From Felis catus (Eukaryota), in the NCBI RefSeq assembly GCF_018350175.1, contig NC_058371.1, positions 199,330,001-199,394,000 of the forward strand: a stretch of DNA of 64,000 nucleotides, given 5' to 3'. Every line of letters begins with the position of its first letter. The stretch's first letter is position 1. Below are positions 61,887-64,000 of this stretch, piece after piece. The position numbers were made by a program, and so were the translations under genes. Below the pieces are notes generated by a model, which did not search any database, was not told where the DNA came from, and saw nothing but the letters and a program-made list of their open reading frames with translations.

Positions 61887-62584
61887 ATAAGTGTTATTTC
61901 TAATATTATTGGGTCAGGTAATTTCACATGCAGCTTAGAACGAACACATCTTGGTCTAACTAAATACACAGCAAAAGTTGCTCTTTCTTCTGGAAATATT
62001 CAGACACCTAAGGCAATTAAATAATCACCCCCTAGAGTTACAGTCATGCTTTAGCTGGAGACACTCTTTTGAACCTGGGGTGTCTCAGTCACGTGTGATT
62101 CATCAAGTATCTGATGTCTGTGCTGGGGGGTTCACTCGTGAGTTTGCCCCAACTTTCTTAGTACTTTAGGCCAAGTCCTTCACGTTACAGCTTGGTTTCC
62201 ATACTTGTAACAACGGTGGCTTGGGTATGAGGTGGAAACCAAAAAGATTCCGAGAAAGTTCAGCATTGCATGCAATGAACTTTGCTCTTCTAATTAGAGT
62301 CTCTATAGAGGTGGAGGCTAGACAGATGCCATGTAAGGGATGTGGGTTTAGGGGCTCCGTGTTCATACCTGTATTCAGCAGGTGCATATTTAATGCAGGC
62401 GTCTAGGATGTAAACCTTAGACTTGAAGGTTTTTAAGATCTGGACAATCATCTCGATAAAGTCAGACGTATGTATGCCAACGATCGTATTTCATTGCTTC
62501 TAAGGCATTCGTTTTTCCACGTTTTCAGTCTCTGAAATTGGGGGTGCAGTTTGGCTAACGTGGTATTTGTGATGGAGCGCCTAA

Positions 62585-62796
62585 TTTTTTTTTTTTAACT
62601 TTTATTTATTTTTGAGAGAGATAAACAGTGCGAGTGGGGGAAGGGCAGAGAGAGGGAGACACAGAATCCGAAGCAGGCTCCAGGTTCTCTTGAGCTGTCA
62701 GCCCAGAGCCCAGTGCGGGCCTTGAACCTACGAACTGTGGGATCATGACCTGAGCCAGAGCTGGACGCTTCACCGACTGAGTCAGCCAGGTGCCCC
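62585..62796 (-). mobile_element. Can-SINE
   Basis: Reverse full-length copy. Confidence 0.9.
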
Positions 62797-63049
62797 TGTG
62801 ATGTGGCTTTCTTAGGTGCATGGGGTCACAGCTGTTCACACTAGTGTGGTACATAATAGGGCTAACCGAGCTTTTTCAAGTGACTGGAAAGATTCACATC
62901 GTAGATGAATTGGCCGCATTTCCTTCTTGGTGGCACGTAAAACCATGCGTACGTTGAACGTGGATGGCACCTGAGATCGGGTGGGATGTGGCACGGTAGA
63001 CGAGCCTCCTCCCGTAGTAAATGACAGAAAACCAACACGAGGTCCTTTG

Positions 63050-63662
63050 ACGGGAATGGACCGGCTCTGGTCACTTGTCACCACCTCCATCACCAGCATC
63101 TGGTCCAAGCCTTGGGCTGGCCTATTACAAGAGCCTCCCTCACCGGTCTCCTTGCTTTCGCTCCTGCCCCCCTGAACATCACCTCAGTGCAGCACCAGAG
63201 TGGTCCCGTAAAAGCGGGCGTGGGGCACATCGGACCCCGCTCAGCCCCCTCGGAGGTCTTACAGATGCCCATCAGGCCCGGCCTCTCTGACCCCATCTCC
63301 CTCCTTTCTCCAGCCCACTTGCCTCCCTGCCGCCCCTCGGACGCACGGGCGCCCTCCTGTCTCTATTCTGTCTTCACACAAATGTCACCTCCCAGTAAGG
63401 CTGTCACTGACCACCCTGCTTACGATGGCACTCCCAACCCACCCTCCTGGCCTTGCCTTGCTTCACGGCAATTTGTCATCATCTGCCGTACGGTTTAGTT
63501 TACCTACTTCCTTAGGTATAGTCTGTCTTCCTCCGTGCGGTCACAAGCCCCCTGAAGGTAGGGGACGTGATGGGATTTATTCACTGCTGTGTGCCCAGGA
63601 CCTAAAAGAGCATCCGATACACAGCAGGTGCTCAATACATTCTTGAAGGATGGATGAATGAA
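63050..63662 (+). mobile_element. L2 3' end
   Basis: ...CAAATGTCACC...GTAAGGCTG...TTCACTGCTGTGTGCCCAG...CAGCAGGTGCTCAATACATTCTTGAAGGATGGATGAATGAA terminus. Confidence 0.7.
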
Positions 63663-64000
63663 GGTGTGCATCTCATGGCGGAACCAGGTGCTCAGCGGAT
63701 GTCGTCAGGGCTCTAGATCCTTGGATTCTCTGCTCTCTTCTGCATGACTTTGGGCCGGCTCTCTCATCATGGGGGCCCTACCACCTCTGGGCTCGGAACC
63801 TCACGGAAGAGGGAGCATCTCTTTTCACAGCTATTGCAGAACAAAATCCCAGGGTTCATTCTGACCTGTTGTGGTTAAGTCCTGAGCATTCTGGAACGAA
63901 TCACTGTGACCGGGGAGAATGAGGCTCCACGTGGCCACACTGGGTTACATGTCCGACCTCAGGGCAGGCGTTGGTAGCACTTGGGGCATCTGGGTTACGA

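Noticed and set aside
1-64000. Prokaryote-type systems (CRISPR arrays, operons, defence islands) or horizontally acquired DNA
   Set aside because: No repeat-spacer array or dense intronless coding; the window is consistent throughout with a felid CYTL1-STK32B locus.

Overview
Mammalian genomic DNA from a felid, shown by about 28 tRNA-derived Can-SINE/SINEC_Fc copies. The window is GC-rich and mostly intergenic and repeat-derived. It holds two protein-coding genes arranged head-to-head. The first is the complete 4-exon CYTL1 gene on the minus strand (CDS 31235-31086, 29507-29463, 29330-29202, 28061-27978; 135 aa, six Cys, three phase-0 introns). The second is the CpG-island promoter, coding exon 1 (57346-57397) and start of intron 1 of STK32B on the plus strand. 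This matches the human 4p16 order MSX1-CYTL1-STK32B, so MSX1 should lie off the left edge. The rest is SINEs, L1/L2/MIR fragments, MaLR/ERV LTRs, MER20/MER44 DNA transposons, microsatellites, a G-rich VNTR and several enhancer-like blocks. Nearly all ORFs in the supplied track are spurious. I found no new multi-gene system. The best candidates for undescribed mechanisms are: (1) a complementary (AC)17/(GU)19 pair that could bridge CYTL1 intron 1, as described for fish introns; (2) an in-frame ATG-TAG start-stop uORF 30 nt before the STK32B MGxxxS start; (3) a SINE carrying about 70 bp of extra 3' sequence inside its target-site duplication; (4) a switch-region-like GGGGGCT VNTR; and (5) a strong CTCF site plus HOX, nuclear-receptor and MYB motif clusters. 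Repeat family names and human comparisons come from recalled sequences, and repeat boundaries are approximate.
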